Shown: positions 10,243 to 20,588 of the stretch, in pieces | How the letters are laid out: every line of letters begins with the position of its first letter | Position numbering within the stretch: the first letter of the stretch is position 1 | Assembly: GCA_963705985.1 (NCBI GenBank) | Contig: CAVPLK010000006.1 | Coordinates: 347,067-411,066, forward strand | Source: an uncultured Gemmatimonadales bacterium | GTDB taxonomy: Bacteria > Gemmatimonadota > Gemmatimonadetes > Gemmatimonadales > GWC2-71-9 | Length of the DNA: 64,000 nucleotides | Direction: 5' to 3' | Notes under the pieces: model-generated | Told to the model about the DNA's origin: nothing | Seen by the model: the letters and a program-made list of their open reading frames with translations, nothing else | The model's database searches: none | Position numbers and translations under genes: made by a program

Positions 10243-12007
10243 TCAAGAGGAGCGGCCCGGATCGGTCCCTCGCCACCAGCGGGCGGCCGCGCGAGCCCAT
10301 TCGCCGCTGCGCTCGCGGACCTTGCGGCCCATGGCCCGCTGGAGCGCCTGCAGGAACTCGGCGGCCGAGGGGTAGCGCGCCTCGACCTCGTTCCGCAGCG
10401 CCCGCTGCAGGACCTGTTCGAGCGCCTCCGGCACGTCGGGACGTTTGGCGCGCAGGTCGGGGAACCGGTCGGTGGTTTGCCGTGCGAGGATCTGCTCCGG
10501 CGTCCCGCCCGGAAACGGCGTCTCCCCCATCAGGACGAAATAGGCCACCGCGGCCAGGCTGTAGAAGTCGCTGCGCTGGTCCACCCGCTCGCCGAGGAGC
10601 TGTTCCGGGCTGGCGAACTGCGGGGTCCCGCTCTGACTGGTGGCGCCACCGAACTTCCCTTCGCCGCGCAGGGCCAGGGCGAGGCCGAAGTCGGTGATGC
10701 GCAGCGTCCCGTCCGGGGCCAACAGCAGGTTCTCGGGTTTGATGTCCCGGTGGACCAGCCCCGCGCCGTGGGCGTGGGCGAGGGCGAGCAGCGCCTGATG
10801 CAGCATCTGGAGCACCAGGTCGAGCGGGAGGGGCCCTTCCCGATCGACCAGCTGGGCGAGGTTGGGGCCCTTCACGTATTCCATCGTGTACCAGAGCAGT
10901 CCTGCTCGCCCGGCGATGTCGTAGATGTTCACGATGTTCGGGTGATGGAGTCGGGCCGCGAGCTGCGCTTCCCGCCGGAACCGCTCCACAACGGGCGGGT
11001 CGGCGGTGAGGTAGGGATGCAGGATCTTGAGCGCCACTTCGCGCTCGAGATGCAGGTCGCGGACGCGATAGACCCGGCCGAAGCCGCCCGCGCCCGAGCG
11101 CCTCGAAGAGTTCATAGTCGTCGCCGAGCGCGCGCCGCAACCGCTTCTCCCAGTGCTCGGTGTCCTGCAGCGGTGCGCTTTCGCCTGGCGATACCGCGGG
11201 GCTTTCATAGGTCCCCGCGTCCGAGGCGAAATCTTCCAGCATTTCGGCGGGTGTCAGGTAGCGGTCGTCGGGCGCGGCGCGCAGCGCACGGAGCAGGATG
11301 CGGTCGAACGCCTTCGGACAGGTCGGGCGGATGGCGGATGGGCGTTCGACGTGGCGCACGTCCAGCGGCGGTTCCCGGCCGGTGATCGCGTAGTAGAGGA
11401 TGGCCCCGGCGGTGAAGACGTCGCTGGCGGGGTCGCCCCGCGCGCCGTCGCGCACCTCCGGCGCCATGAACTCGAGCCCGGTCGGCTCGTGACCCGCGGG
11501 AATGGTTGAGAGCGTGTGGCTGCAGTAGCGGAGGTCGGTCACGGTCCCGCGACCCGTGGGGCCGAGGAGCAGTGAGGCGGGGACGATGCGCCGGACCATG
11601 ATGCCCCGGCTGTGGGCGTGGTCCAGCGCAGCCAAAATGTCGCGGGCCAGGGCGTGGACCGTCGGAATCGGCCGGGGCCCCCGCTGTACGGCATCGAGCG
11701 CACTTTCGCCCTCGATCCAGCTGCCGGTCCGGTAGGCGAGGTCGCCGATGATGCCGGCGTCATAGACGTGCCGGATCGCCGGGTGATCCAACTGGGCCAG
11801 CGCCTCGGCTTCACGCAGAAACCAGCCGCGGACGATGCTGTCCGGGTACATGTTGACCCGCAGGCTGACCCGCCGCTTAAGGGTGAGGTCGTAGGCATGG
11901 AAGAGGACCCGCTCCCGGGAGGCCGCGACCAGCTTGTCGAGGCGGTAGCGGTGGCCCAGGGCGGCCTGGGTCCGCTCGGTGTAGAGCCCGGGGTCAGTCA
12001 GCGACAT
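10243..12007 (-). pseudogene. tandem pseudokinase / Ser-Thr protein kinase, frameshifted at the glycine-rich loop of the active domain
   Basis: The N-terminal domain (ORF 10238..12007) has a kinase fold but lacks GxGxxG, the VAIK lysine, the HRD Asp (VRRIVPAS) and DFG (TDL). The C-terminal domain (ORF 10243..11208) is canonical: GGFGRVYRV, VALKIL, HRDIKPENLLL, DFGLA, SPE. The two join at DDYELFEALG|RGGFG after removing one G near 11085-11092. Confidence 0.75.
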
Positions 12008-12019
12008 GGCCGAGAGGAG

Positions 12020-12562
12020 TCATCGGAGTGCGCGGCGGCGGTCGACTGGAGCGGTGTGCGCGCCGGGCTCGGCGCTGCACCAGGTCCGGCCGTGCCCGGG
12101 GGAGCGGTCCACGAAGAAGAGCGAGCAGGGCTCCGCCCGGCAGCGGTGCACTCGCGCATTGGGGTCAGCGAGGGTCTGGGCGGCGCTCTGGGCAATGGCC
12201 TCCAGCGCGGTCGACGTGCGGGTCGGGGTGAAGCTGAGCTGCCAACTGCCCCCCACCCGTGTCAGCTGGTGGTGTCCCGCCGTGCGGGCGAGCAGGGCGT
12301 TGACCTCGTGAATGGCCGCTGCCGGGGGCGCACGGTCGTCCGCCAGAGCGCTGGCCGCCGTCAACAGGCGGGCCCGAAAGGCGAGCACCTGTTCCCACGA
12401 GAGGTCGTCGCCATCCGGGCCGAGTTTTTCGGCCTTGGTCCAGCGGTGGTAGGCGGCGGGGTCAGCGAGCCCGTCGGGGGGATCGGGTTCGCGGCCGCGC
12501 GCGGTGTTGATGAAGTCGATCCAGAGCGCGTCGCCGAGCAGGATGAATTCGGGGTCCGACAT
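12020..12562 (-). CDS. CGNR zinc-finger / ABATE domain protein
   Basis: The C-terminus RVHRCRAEPCSLFFVDRSPGHGRTWCS matches the CGNR-type zinc-finger pattern. 180 aa. Confidence 0.7.
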   Translation of the reverse strand: MSDPEFILLGDALWIDFINTARGREPDPPDGLADPAAYHRWTKAEKLGPDGDDLSWEQVLAFRARLLTAASALADDRAPPAAAIHEVNALLARTAGHHQLTRVGGSWQLSFTPTRTSTALEAIAQSAAQTLADPNARVHRCRAEPCSLFFVDRSPGHGRTWCSAEPGAHTAPVDRRRALR

Positions 12563-12579
12563 GCAAGCCTCCCGCCGGC

Positions 12580-13917
12580 TCAGAAATCGCCGGCTACCTC
12601 GGCGCGGTTGCCGCCGGCCCGCTTGGCTTTGTACATCGCCGCATCGGCGGCGGCCATCAGGCTGCCGACGGTGCTGCCGTGGCCAGGCGCGGCGGCCACC
12701 CCGAGGCTGATGGAAATCGGGTGACCTTGGCCGAGGTGGGCGAGCGCGGAGAGCCGCGCCTGCAGCCGCCCGACCAGCACCATCGCTTCGCGCGGCGAGG
12801 TCATGGGGAGCATCACGAGAAACTCGTCACCACCGAGCCGCCCGACGACGTCCGGCTGGCGGCACTGCTCCTTGAGGAGGCGCCCGACGGCGCGGAGCAG
12901 CTCGTCGCCGGCGGCGTGCCCGCCGCTGTCGTTGACGAGTTTGAAGTTGTCGAGGTCGAGCATGATGATGGTGGTGTCGAGCTGATGCCGGGTCGAGCGG
13001 GCCAATTCGGCGCCGAGCCGTTCCTCGAGCGCGCGCCGGTTCATCAGCGACGTCAGCTCGTCGGTGTTGGCGGCGGTCTGGAGCTGCTCGACGAGGTGGG
13101 CGTTCTTGAGCGCGATTGCCGCCGCGAAGGAGAGCGTGCCGGCGAGGTCGAGCTCGGCGGGGCCGTACCGGCGGTCGTTCAGCCGCGGTCCAAGGAGCAG
13201 GACGGCGAGGCGCTCAGTGCCGGCGTCGAGCGGGATGACGACTTCCGTGGTGGGCGGCGCGAGCGCGGCCACCGCGATTTCCTGCCCGCCGGTGGCGCCG
13301 GCCCCGGCAGGAAGCACGGAGTCGAGGAGGGCGCGCGCGATTGGCCCCGGCCGGATGCGATCGTCGAGCGAGCGGAAGATGCTGGGCTCGTAGGCCTCCC
13401 CCGCCGGCCGCAGCAGGCAGGCCCACCAGGTGAAGAACACCTCCGCCATGAAGTCGAGGATCAACTGCTCGGTTTCGGCCGAGGAATGCACCGAGCTGAG
13501 GAGCCGGGCGACCTGGCGGAGCGCGCGCAGCTGGAAGGTGGCGTCGTCCAGCGCGGCCTGACGCTCCATGAGCACGCTGCGCAGCTCGACCACCACCGAA
13601 AGGCCGTGCGCCAGCGGGAGGGCGACCACGCGCAGCCGCTCCGCCAGGTCGGGCCCCGCGCTGATGACGACCTCGGTCTCACCGCTCCGGATCTTGGCCA
13701 CCGCCACGGCGGCATCGGAGCCGTCCGCGGGGCCGATGCGCGGTACCGCCCCGAGGGGCGTCGCGATGTCGAACCAGATGTCGGGGGAGTCAAACCGACT
13801 GACCAGGGCGTCTCGACAGCGCTCGAACAACTCGGCATCGGTGCGGGAGAGTCGGCAGGCGGCGGCAAAGGCGCTGGGGAGGGTGCCGAGCGCAGACGGG
13901 GTGACCGAAGGATCCAT
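12580..13917 (-). CDS. GAF-like sensor diguanylate cyclase (GGDEF)
   Basis: The C-terminal domain contains DLDNFKLVND, RLGGDEFLV and AMYKAKRAGGN. Confidence 0.85.
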   Translation of the reverse strand: MDPSVTPSALGTLPSAFAAACRLSRTDAELFERCRDALVSRFDSPDIWFDIATPLGAVPRIGPADGSDAAVAVAKIRSGETEVVISAGPDLAERLRVVALPLAHGLSVVVELRSVLMERQAALDDATFQLRALRQVARLLSSVHSSAETEQLILDFMAEVFFTWWACLLRPAGEAYEPSIFRSLDDRIRPGPIARALLDSVLPAGAGATGGQEIAVAALAPPTTEVVIPLDAGTERLAVLLLGPRLNDRRYGPAELDLAGTLSFAAAIALKNAHLVEQLQTAANTDELTSLMNRRALEERLGAELARSTRHQLDTTIIMLDLDNFKLVNDSGGHAAGDELLRAVGRLLKEQCRQPDVVGRLGGDEFLVMLPMTSPREAMVLVGRLQARLSALAHLGQGHPISISLGVAAAPGHGSTVGSLMAAADAAMYKAKRAGGNRAEVAGDF

Positions 13918-13980
13918 GCTGAATTATACCGGGAGTCCGCTCGGGCCGCCAAGGCGAGGGGCCGCGGGCTCCCTCAGGTG

Positions 13981-14589
13981 TCAGCGGTCGAGCTGCAGCA
14001 GGACGGCGAGTTCCCGGGTCATGGCGGTCAGTTCGTCGAGCATCGCGCGGTTCCGCCACTCCCGGCGGGATTCGAGATGGTCGGCGATCGCGCCGAACCA
14101 CCAGAGGGTGTCGGCCGGGGAGGCGTCGGGGTCGGCGTGCAGGTATTCCGCACCCAGCCGCCGCACCACCCGAATCGCGGCGCCGCAGTTGTGCAGTTCG
14201 TCGGCGGCACAGATGTCCAGCCCGCGCGGTTCCGCATCGGCGATCTGGAGCAGGAATTCCCGCTTGCAGGTCCGCCAGGCACGGAGGCGCCCCAGGGAGT
14301 CGTGGCGCGGCTCGAGAACCTCGCAGGCGGTGGCCAGCACCACCGGCCCGAACTTCTCGAGCACCTTGGCCTCGAGCTCCTCGCGTTCCCGGGGGGCCGC
14401 CTCCTCCAGCACGCGGTGGAGGATTCCGGCGACGACGGTCAGGTCCTCGCAGCCATATCGGGCCAGGATGATGGCGATGTTGGCCGGATGGGCCAGGAAG
14501 GCCATGGTCCGTTCCGGCCCCTGCACGGCGCCGTAGTGCTTGGCGGCGAACGCCAGCGCGTGATTGATGCGATCGGAGTATCCGTGCAT
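13981..14589 (-). CDS. SpoT/Mesh1-like HD-domain protein with substituted metal-binding motif
   Basis: ALAFAAKHYG...AHPANIAIIL...VVAGILHRVLEE follows the RelA/SpoT hydrolase pattern, but it has HR where HD is expected and EE where ED is expected. Confidence 0.6.
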   Translation of the reverse strand: MHGYSDRINHALAFAAKHYGAVQGPERTMAFLAHPANIAIILARYGCEDLTVVAGILHRVLEEAAPREREELEAKVLEKFGPVVLATACEVLEPRHDSLGRLRAWRTCKREFLLQIADAEPRGLDICAADELHNCGAAIRVVRRLGAEYLHADPDASPADTLWWFGAIADHLESRREWRNRAMLDELTAMTRELAVLLQLDR

Positions 14590-14607
14590 AAGACCAGTGC
14601 GTGAGAG

Positions 14608-15246
14608 TCAGGGAAGCCCGATGAGTTTGTGCGTCTGCAGGCTCAGGCGCCAGGACGGATGCGCCAGGCAATACGCGGCCGCGGCCGCGGTGTGGGCCGG
14701 AAGCATCGGCCCGTCCATCGGCTGCAGGAACCGGTGGGTGAACTCGAGATCGGCGAAGCGCTCCGGGGGCGCGGCTTCCTGGGGGAAGACCAGCTTCAGT
14801 TCATCGCCGGACCGGAGCAGCAACGGGGCGTCGGCCTTGGGGCTGACGCAGGTCCAGTCGAGGTTCGGAGGTGCCGGCTGTGTGCCGTTGGTCTCCACCG
14901 CCACTTCGAAGCCCGCAGCGTGCAGGGCATCAACGGCCGCGGCATCCAGCTGCAATAGCGGCTCTCCCCCGGTGCAGACCACGTAGGGGACCCCGTCTCC
15001 CGGGGCACCAGTCCAGGCGGCCTTCACACGGGCGGCCAACTCTTCCGCGGAGGTGAAGCGCCCGCCGCCGGGGCCGTCGGTGCCGACGAAGTCGGTGTCG
15101 CAGAAATTGCAGGTGGCGTCGGCGCGATCCGCTTCCCGCCCGCTCCAGAGGTTGCAGCCGGCAAAGCGGCAGAACACCGCCGGCCGGCCGGCGTGGGCGC
15201 CCTCCCCCTGCAGGGTATAGAAGATCTCCTTGACGGCATAGCTCAT
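14608..15246 (-). CDS. queE: 7-carboxy-7-deazaguanine synthase (radical SAM)
   Basis: [38 protein letters not shown]...CNFCDTDF. The start overlaps the queC stop by 4 nt. Confidence 0.9.
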   Translation of the reverse strand: MSYAVKEIFYTLQGEGAHAGRPAVFCRFAGCNLWSGREADRADATCNFCDTDFVGTDGPGGGRFTSAEELAARVKAAWTGAPGDGVPYVVCTGGEPLLQLDAAAVDALHAAGFEVAVETNGTQPAPPNLDWTCVSPKADAPLLLRSGDELKLVFPQEAAPPERFADLEFTHRFLQPMDGPMLPAHTAAAAAYCLAHPSWRLSLQTHKLIGLP

Positions 15247-15935
15247 GGCGACTGGTACCTGGCGGGATCGGTGCGTCCCAGCCCGCGGAATCCTTCCAGC
15301 CGGAGCTGGCAGGCGTCGCAGCGCCCACAGGCGGCTCCATCCGGCGCTGGATCGTAGCAGCTCAGCGTCATGCCGAAGTCCACACCGAGCTCGAGTCCCC
15401 GGGCGATGATCTCGGTCTTCCGCATGGTGAGCAACGGCGCGTGGATCGTCACCCGGCGTCCTTCGACGGCGGCGCGCGTGGCGAGGTTGGCCATCCCTTC
15501 GAAGGCGGCCACGTATTCGGGCCGACAATCGGGATACCCGCTGTAGTCCACCGCATTCACGCCGAGGAAGATCTCGGCGGCCCCCAGCACTTCGGCACAG
15601 CCGAGGGCGTAGGAAAGGAAGATCGTGTTGCGGGCGGGGACGTAGGTGATTGGGATGCCGTCGGCGCGGGTGTCGGCGTCCCGGTCCTTGGGCACCGGGA
15701 GGTCGGCGGTCAGGGCGGATCCACCGAAGGCGCGAAGGTCGATCTCGATGATCCGGTGGTCGATGGCGCCCAGGTGCAGCGCCACGGCGGCCGCGCTGGC
15801 GAGCTCCACGGCGTGGCGCTGCCCGTAGCGAAAGCTCAGGGCATGGCAGGCGAACCCTTCGGCGCGGGCGATGGCCAGCGTCGTGGCGGAATCGAGGCCT
15901 CCGCTGAGGAGGACGACGGCCGGTGGAGGGGGCAT
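15243..15935 (-). CDS. queC: 7-cyano-7-deazaguanine synthase
   Basis: [15 protein letters not shown]-loop motif and C-terminal zinc cysteines CGRCDAC. Confidence 0.9.
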   Translation of the reverse strand: MPPPPAVVLLSGGLDSATTLAIARAEGFACHALSFRYGQRHAVELASAAAVALHLGAIDHRIIEIDLRAFGGSALTADLPVPKDRDADTRADGIPITYVPARNTIFLSYALGCAEVLGAAEIFLGVNAVDYSGYPDCRPEYVAAFEGMANLATRAAVEGRRVTIHAPLLTMRKTEIIARGLELGVDFGMTLSCYDPAPDGAACGRCDACQLRLEGFRGLGRTDPARYQSP

Positions 15936-15956
15936 CCCGCAAAGATACCACGGCGT

Positions 15957-16865
15957 TCAGCGGTCGAGCACCGCCCGCAGGGCGCCGGGGAGGGCCGGGT
16001 GGCGAAAGGCAAAGCCGAGGGCCTCGAGCCGGCTGGGGAACACGCGCTGGCTGGCGAGGAGGGCGGCGTCGGCCATTTCGCCGAAGAGCAGGCGGAGGGC
16101 GAAGGCCGGGGCAGGGATGAGGGCAGGGCGGTGGAGCACTGCGCCGAGTTGGGCGGCGAAGTCGGCGTTGCGGACCGGGTTGGGGGCGACGGTGTTGATC
16201 GGTCCAGCGACCGTGCCATTCTGAATCGCTTCGAGGACGATCCGGATCGCGTCGTCGATCGCGATCCAGCTCATCCACTGTTGGCCGTCGCCGATCGGGC
16301 CACCGGCTCCGAGCAGGAAGGGGCGCACCATCCTGGGGAGAGCCCCACCGTCGCGGGCGAGAATGACCCCGAAACGCAGGTGAACGACGCGGATGCCGGC
16401 GTCGCTGGCCGGTGCGGTCGCCGCCTCCCATTCCCTGCCGACCTCCGAAAGGAAATCGGTGCCGAGTGCACTGTCCTCGTCGAGGATCTCGTCGCCCCGG
16501 TCACCATAGATTCCCATAGCCGAGGCGGAGACCAGGACCTCGGGCCGGACGGGCAGCCGCGCCAGCGATTCGGCCAGGAGCCGGGTGCCGAGCACGCGGC
16601 TGCTGCGGATGCGCGCCTTCTTCGTGGCGGTCCAGCGCCCTTCGGCAATCGGCTCGCCGGCGAGGTGGACGGCAGCGCTGATGCCGGCAAGGGAAGCATC
16701 GTCCATGAACCCCGAGGCGGGATCCCACCGCACCTCGCCGGCAGTGGCGGCTCGGCGCACCAAGGAGCGGTGCCCCCAGCCTGCGGCGGCCAACGCAGGA
16801 AGCAGCGCAGCACCGAGCAGACCGGAGGCACCTGAGACAACGACGGTTCGAGTCATCCTCTCCAT
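15957..16865 (-). CDS. TIGR01777-type NAD-dependent epimerase-like protein (YfcH family, DUF1731 C-terminus)
   Basis: VVVSGASGLLG Rossmann motif and a YfcH-like C-terminal region. 302 aa. Confidence 0.75.
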   Translation of the reverse strand: MERMTRTVVVSGASGLLGAALLPALAAAGWGHRSLVRRAATAGEVRWDPASGFMDDASLAGISAAVHLAGEPIAEGRWTATKKARIRSSRVLGTRLLAESLARLPVRPEVLVSASAMGIYGDRGDEILDEDSALGTDFLSEVGREWEAATAPASDAGIRVVHLRFGVILARDGGALPRMVRPFLLGAGGPIGDGQQWMSWIAIDDAIRIVLEAIQNGTVAGPINTVAPNPVRNADFAAQLGAVLHRPALIPAPAFALRLLFGEMADAALLASQRVFPSRLEALGFAFRHPALPGALRAVLDR

Positions 16866-16901
16866 TATACGTCGGGCGGGGGAGAATGGTCTCCCGCGGC
16901 G

Positions 16902-17747
16902 TTACGACACGGTGAATGTGGTGGTCATCCCGTGGAGCACATGCGACTTGCCGTCTGTCGCGTCACGGACAAAGCAGATGAGGCCGTAGCGTCCCGGCGC
17001 GAAGGTCATGGAGAAATTCTGGGCCTGGCCCGGCCTCAGGTCGGTGAGCCCGCCGGAGGTCATCCCCGGGGGCGGACCCTGGTAGCCTCCCTCCACCCAG
17101 TCGATCCACGGTTGCATCGTCTCCCCTGGCGCGAGCGGAACGATGGCGATCTCATGCGGCTGGTCGGCGTTGTTGGTCACCGCGAACGCATGCGTTCCCG
17201 CTGTCGGTGCCGTCGACAGTGAAAATCCGTAGTTGAAGAGCCCGATCTGAATGTCACCCGCGGGCATGGCGGCGACCGCCCCCGTCGCCGGCTCGACCCA
17301 CATCCCCAGGATCATCCCTTTGGTCAGGTGGGCCGCGCCATCGGGGGCGGGGATGCGACAGTACATCGCGTATTGCCCCGGCTCGAGCACGAGGGTGGCG
17401 TTCACGGAGCTTCCGGGCTGCGCGCCGTTGGGGCCGCCTTCCAGAACCACCCACGCTGGGAGCGCAGCGTGGGCTCCCAGCGCCTCGGCGAGATCGGCCA
17501 CGGTCTTGCCGTCGGTCAGCCGCACGAGCTGCATGTGGTGCAGCTCCTGGCCGTCGTTCACGAGTGTGATGGTCGTGAGTCCTGCGTGGACCGGTGCGGT
17601 CGGCAACTGATAGCCGTACTCCGTGGCAATGATCGCGACTTCCTGCGGAGCGGCAGTGGCAGCTACGTCACTGTCCGGGGCAGGTTCCCTGGCGCAGGCG
17701 AGCGCGAGCACGGCCGCCGGGAGCATGGCGCAGGTTCGAATGGACAA
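16902..17747 (-). CDS. two-domain cupredoxin-like lipoprotein, paralog 1
   Basis: Lipobox LALAC. Each half carries His ... C-x9-H-x4-M (YCRIPAPDGAAHLTKGM and ICFVRDATDGKSHVLHGM). Start assigned to a TTG with GGAG 7 nt upstream; an ATG at 17726 is the alternative. Confidence 0.6.
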   Translation of the reverse strand: MSIRTCAMLPAAVLALACAREPAPDSDVAATAAPQEVAIIATEYGYQLPTAPVHAGLTTITLVNDGQELHHMQLVRLTDGKTVADLAEALGAHAALPAWVVLEGGPNGAQPGSSVNATLVLEPGQYAMYCRIPAPDGAAHLTKGMILGMWVEPATGAVAAMPAGDIQIGLFNYGFSLSTAPTAGTHAFAVTNNADQPHEIAIVPLAPGETMQPWIDWVEGGYQGPPPGMTSGGLTDLRPGQAQNFSMTFAPGRYGLICFVRDATDGKSHVLHGMTTTFTVS

Positions 17748-17757
17748 TGGGGCTCCG

Positions 17758-18582
17758 CTATGAGACGGTGAAGGTGGCGACCATCCCGTGGACGAAGTGC
17801 GGCGCGCCGTCCGGGGCGGGGATGAAACAGAGCAGCCCGTAGGTGCCCGGGGAAAAATTGGCGGTGAAGTTTTGTGTCTGCCCCGGGGCAAAGCCCGACA
17901 GGCCTCCGACCGCCTCCGCTGGGGGCGGCCCCTGCTCGCCGCCCGCCATCCAGCCGACGAACTGTTCGATCGTCGTGCCGGGTGCGAGGCGCACGAGGAC
18001 AACCTCATGGGCCTCGGCGCCCCGATTGACGACCCGCACCGTCTGCGTGCCGGCCGCCGGGGTCTGGGAGAGGGCAATGCTATACTCCGCCAGGATCATC
18101 TCGATATCGCCCGGGGGAAGGGCAGCGACTGCCCCCGTGGCGGGTTGCACTTCGAGCCCGAGGATCATCCCCTTGGCCATGTGCGGCACACCATCGGGCG
18201 ACGGAATGAAACAGACAAGCGCATACGTCCCCGGATCGAGGACGAGGGTCGCGTTGGCTTCGCCGCCGGGTGCCGCTCCGTTGGGCCCACCCATGGCGAT
18301 CGCCCACGCCGGCGGCGGGCCATCGGACTGCACCGCGGTCATGAGGTCGTCCACCGTCTTCCCCTCGGTCAGCCGCACGAGGGTGACGTGGTGGATCTCA
18401 GCGCCCTGGTTGACGAGGGTGACGGTCGTCAGCCCGGCGTGAACTGTCGTCGGTGGCAGGCTGTAGGCGAAGTCCGTCGCCGTGATGGTCACCTGCTGCG
18501 GTGCGGCCGAGGTGTCGACCGGTGGAGCATCCTTGGCGCAGGCGGCGAGCAGGCCGAGCAGCAGAAGGGGGGCAAGGCGCAT
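17758..18582 (-). CDS. two-domain cupredoxin-like lipoprotein, paralog 2
   Basis: MRLAPLLLLGLLAAC lipobox with AAGGAG upstream. Same architecture and motifs as paralog 1 (VCFIPSPDGVPHMAKGM and LCFIPAPDGAPHFVHGM). Confidence 0.65.
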   Translation of the reverse strand: MRLAPLLLLGLLAACAKDAPPVDTSAAPQQVTITATDFAYSLPPTTVHAGLTTVTLVNQGAEIHHVTLVRLTEGKTVDDLMTAVQSDGPPPAWAIAMGGPNGAAPGGEANATLVLDPGTYALVCFIPSPDGVPHMAKGMILGLEVQPATGAVAALPPGDIEMILAEYSIALSQTPAAGTQTVRVVNRGAEAHEVVLVRLAPGTTIEQFVGWMAGGEQGPPPAEAVGGLSGFAPGQTQNFTANFSPGTYGLLCFIPAPDGAPHFVHGMVATFTVS

Positions 18583-18690
18583 GAACGGAGATCTCCTTGA
18601 CTCGGAGGGGAGTGCCCACAACGGCATGGCGCTTTCTCAGGGGGCGGCGGCACCGTATCTTACGCCGAAACCCACGCTGGGAGATACCAC

Positions 18691-20588
18691 GTGACGCGCC
18701 ATCTCGCCAGAGCCGTGCTGCTTTCCCTCGTGAGCGCCTCCGGCCTCGCCGCCCAGGGGTGGCAGCTCTCCCCCTTCCGTCCCCTCGACTTGCCGGGTCC
18801 CAACGAATACCGGGCCGCAAGCGGTCGGCCGGGGCATGCCTACTGGCAGCAGGGCGTGGACTACCGGATCGACGCCACGCTCGATCCGGTGGCCAACGAA
18901 CTCCGCGGCCGGGAGGTGATCAGCTACCACAATCGATCGCCCGACGAGCTCCCCTACCTCTGGATGCACCTGGAGCAGAACATGTGCGCCGCGGGGAGCG
19001 TCACCTCCCAGCTCGACCAGCCGCCGCTCGTGTTCCTCGGTTCCTCATTCGACTTCTCGTGCCAGGGGTTCGCCGGCGGATTCATCCTCGATACGGTGCT
19101 GGTGGGCGGCCGGCCGGTCACCCCGGCGGTGTACGGCACCACGATGCGGCTCGACCTGGCCACGCCGCTGGCGGCCGGAGCGAGCCTCGAGATCGTGATC
19201 CGCTGGCGTTTCAAGGTGCCCGCCTTCGGCGGCGGCCGGATGGGGCACGACGGCACCCTCTACGAGGTGGCCCAGTGGTATCCCCGGCTGGCGGTGTACG
19301 ACGACCTCCGGGGCTGGAACCACGACCCCTACATCGGCGCGGGGGAGTTCTACCTGGAGTACGGCCGGTTCGACGTGGCGCTCACCGTGCCCGTCGAACT
19401 ACATCGTGGCGGCCACGGGCACGTTGCAGAATCCCGAGCGAGGTGTTGTCGCAGGCGCAGCGGGAGCGATTGAAGCGCGCCGCCGGCTCAACCTCACCCG
19501 TGGCGGTCATCACGCGCGAGGAGGCAATGCATCCGCCGCGGCTCGAGGCCTCGCGCGCCGCCACCCTCACCTGGCGCTTCACCGCCGACAGCGTGCGCGA
19601 TTTCGCCTTCGCGGCCAGCCCCGACTTCCAGTGGGACGCGAGCGCGTGGGAGGGCGTGATGATCCACACCCTCTACCGCCCCTCCGCGACCCTCTGGGCC
19701 GAGGCGAACAAGATCACCAACGAGGCGCTGGCGTTCTACAGCCAGCAGTGGCTGCGGTATCCCTATCCGCACTTCACCAGCATCGAGGGCCCGATCGAGG
19801 GGATGGAATACCCGATGATCACCTTCGACCCCACCGGACCGAACCGTGAGGATGTGCACTGGGTGCTGGCGCATGAGCTCGGTCACCAGTGGGTGCCGAT
19901 GGTCGTCGGCTCCAACGAGCGGCTCTATCCCTGGATGGACGAAGGGTTCAACACCTTCATCGACCTCGCCAACGCGGCGCGGTACTTCAAGGGCACCGCC
20001 TACGGCGACTCGATCGAGGTCCACCCGTTGCACCTGTACCCCGATCACGCGGGGCCCGACGAGCAGCCGCTCGGCCTGCGTCCCGTCGAGGTGCACGACC
20101 TCTTCTGGGCGGGGTACCAGAAGCCGGCGCTGATGCTGCAGCTGCTCCGCTACGAGGTGCTGGGGCCGGCGCGGTTCGACGCGGCCTTCCGCCAGTACCT
20201 GGCGGCGTGGGCGTTCCGGCACCCGTCGCCCGCCGACTTCTTCCGCCTGATGCGCGACGCCTCGGGAATGGACCTCGACTGGTTCTGGCGGGAGTGGGTC
20301 CGGACCACGACCCGGCTCGACCAGGCGGTCGAGGGCATCGTGGCCGCGCCCTCCGGCGTCACCGACGTGACGCTCGCGAGCCTCGGCACGATGGTCATGC
20401 CGGCGGAGCTGAAGCTCACCTTTGCCGACGGCTCCACCGAGGTGGTCCGCCTGCCGGTGGAGATGTGGAACCTGGGGCCGACATTCACCTATCGGGTTCG
20501 GGGCAAGCCCGGCGTCAGGAGCGCCGAGCTTGATCCGCGGCAGGCGCTGCCCGATGTCGACCGCGCCAACAACAGGTACCCGCGGTGA
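18691..20588 (+). pseudogene. M1-family metallopeptidase (aminopeptidase N-like) with two frame changes
   Basis: N-terminus in ORF 18691..19473. A short middle piece YIVAATGTLQNPE lies in the frame of ORF 19406. The remainder is in ORF 18597..20588, with HELGHQW and WMDEGF motifs. Apparent extra bases near 19393 and 19439. Confidence 0.75.

Noticed and set aside
10238-11100. C-terminal half of the 589-aa ORF 10238..12007 as genuine protein
   Set aside because: Past the junction at about 11090 it becomes an Arg/Pro/Ala-rich read-through. The canonical kinase domain is in the adjacent frame (ORF 10243..11208).
12679-14604. 641-aa plus-strand ORF opposite the GGDEF and HD genes
   Set aside because: It is a shadow ORF. 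It has no motifs and an extreme Arg/Gly/Pro/Glu composition, and the opposite strand carries recognisable domains.
15247-16431. Upstream continuation of the queE frame (ORF 14608..16431, 607 aa)
   Set aside because: The region is occupied by queC and the TIGR01777 gene in other frames. The QueE N-terminus [16 protein letters not shown] defines the true start at 15246.
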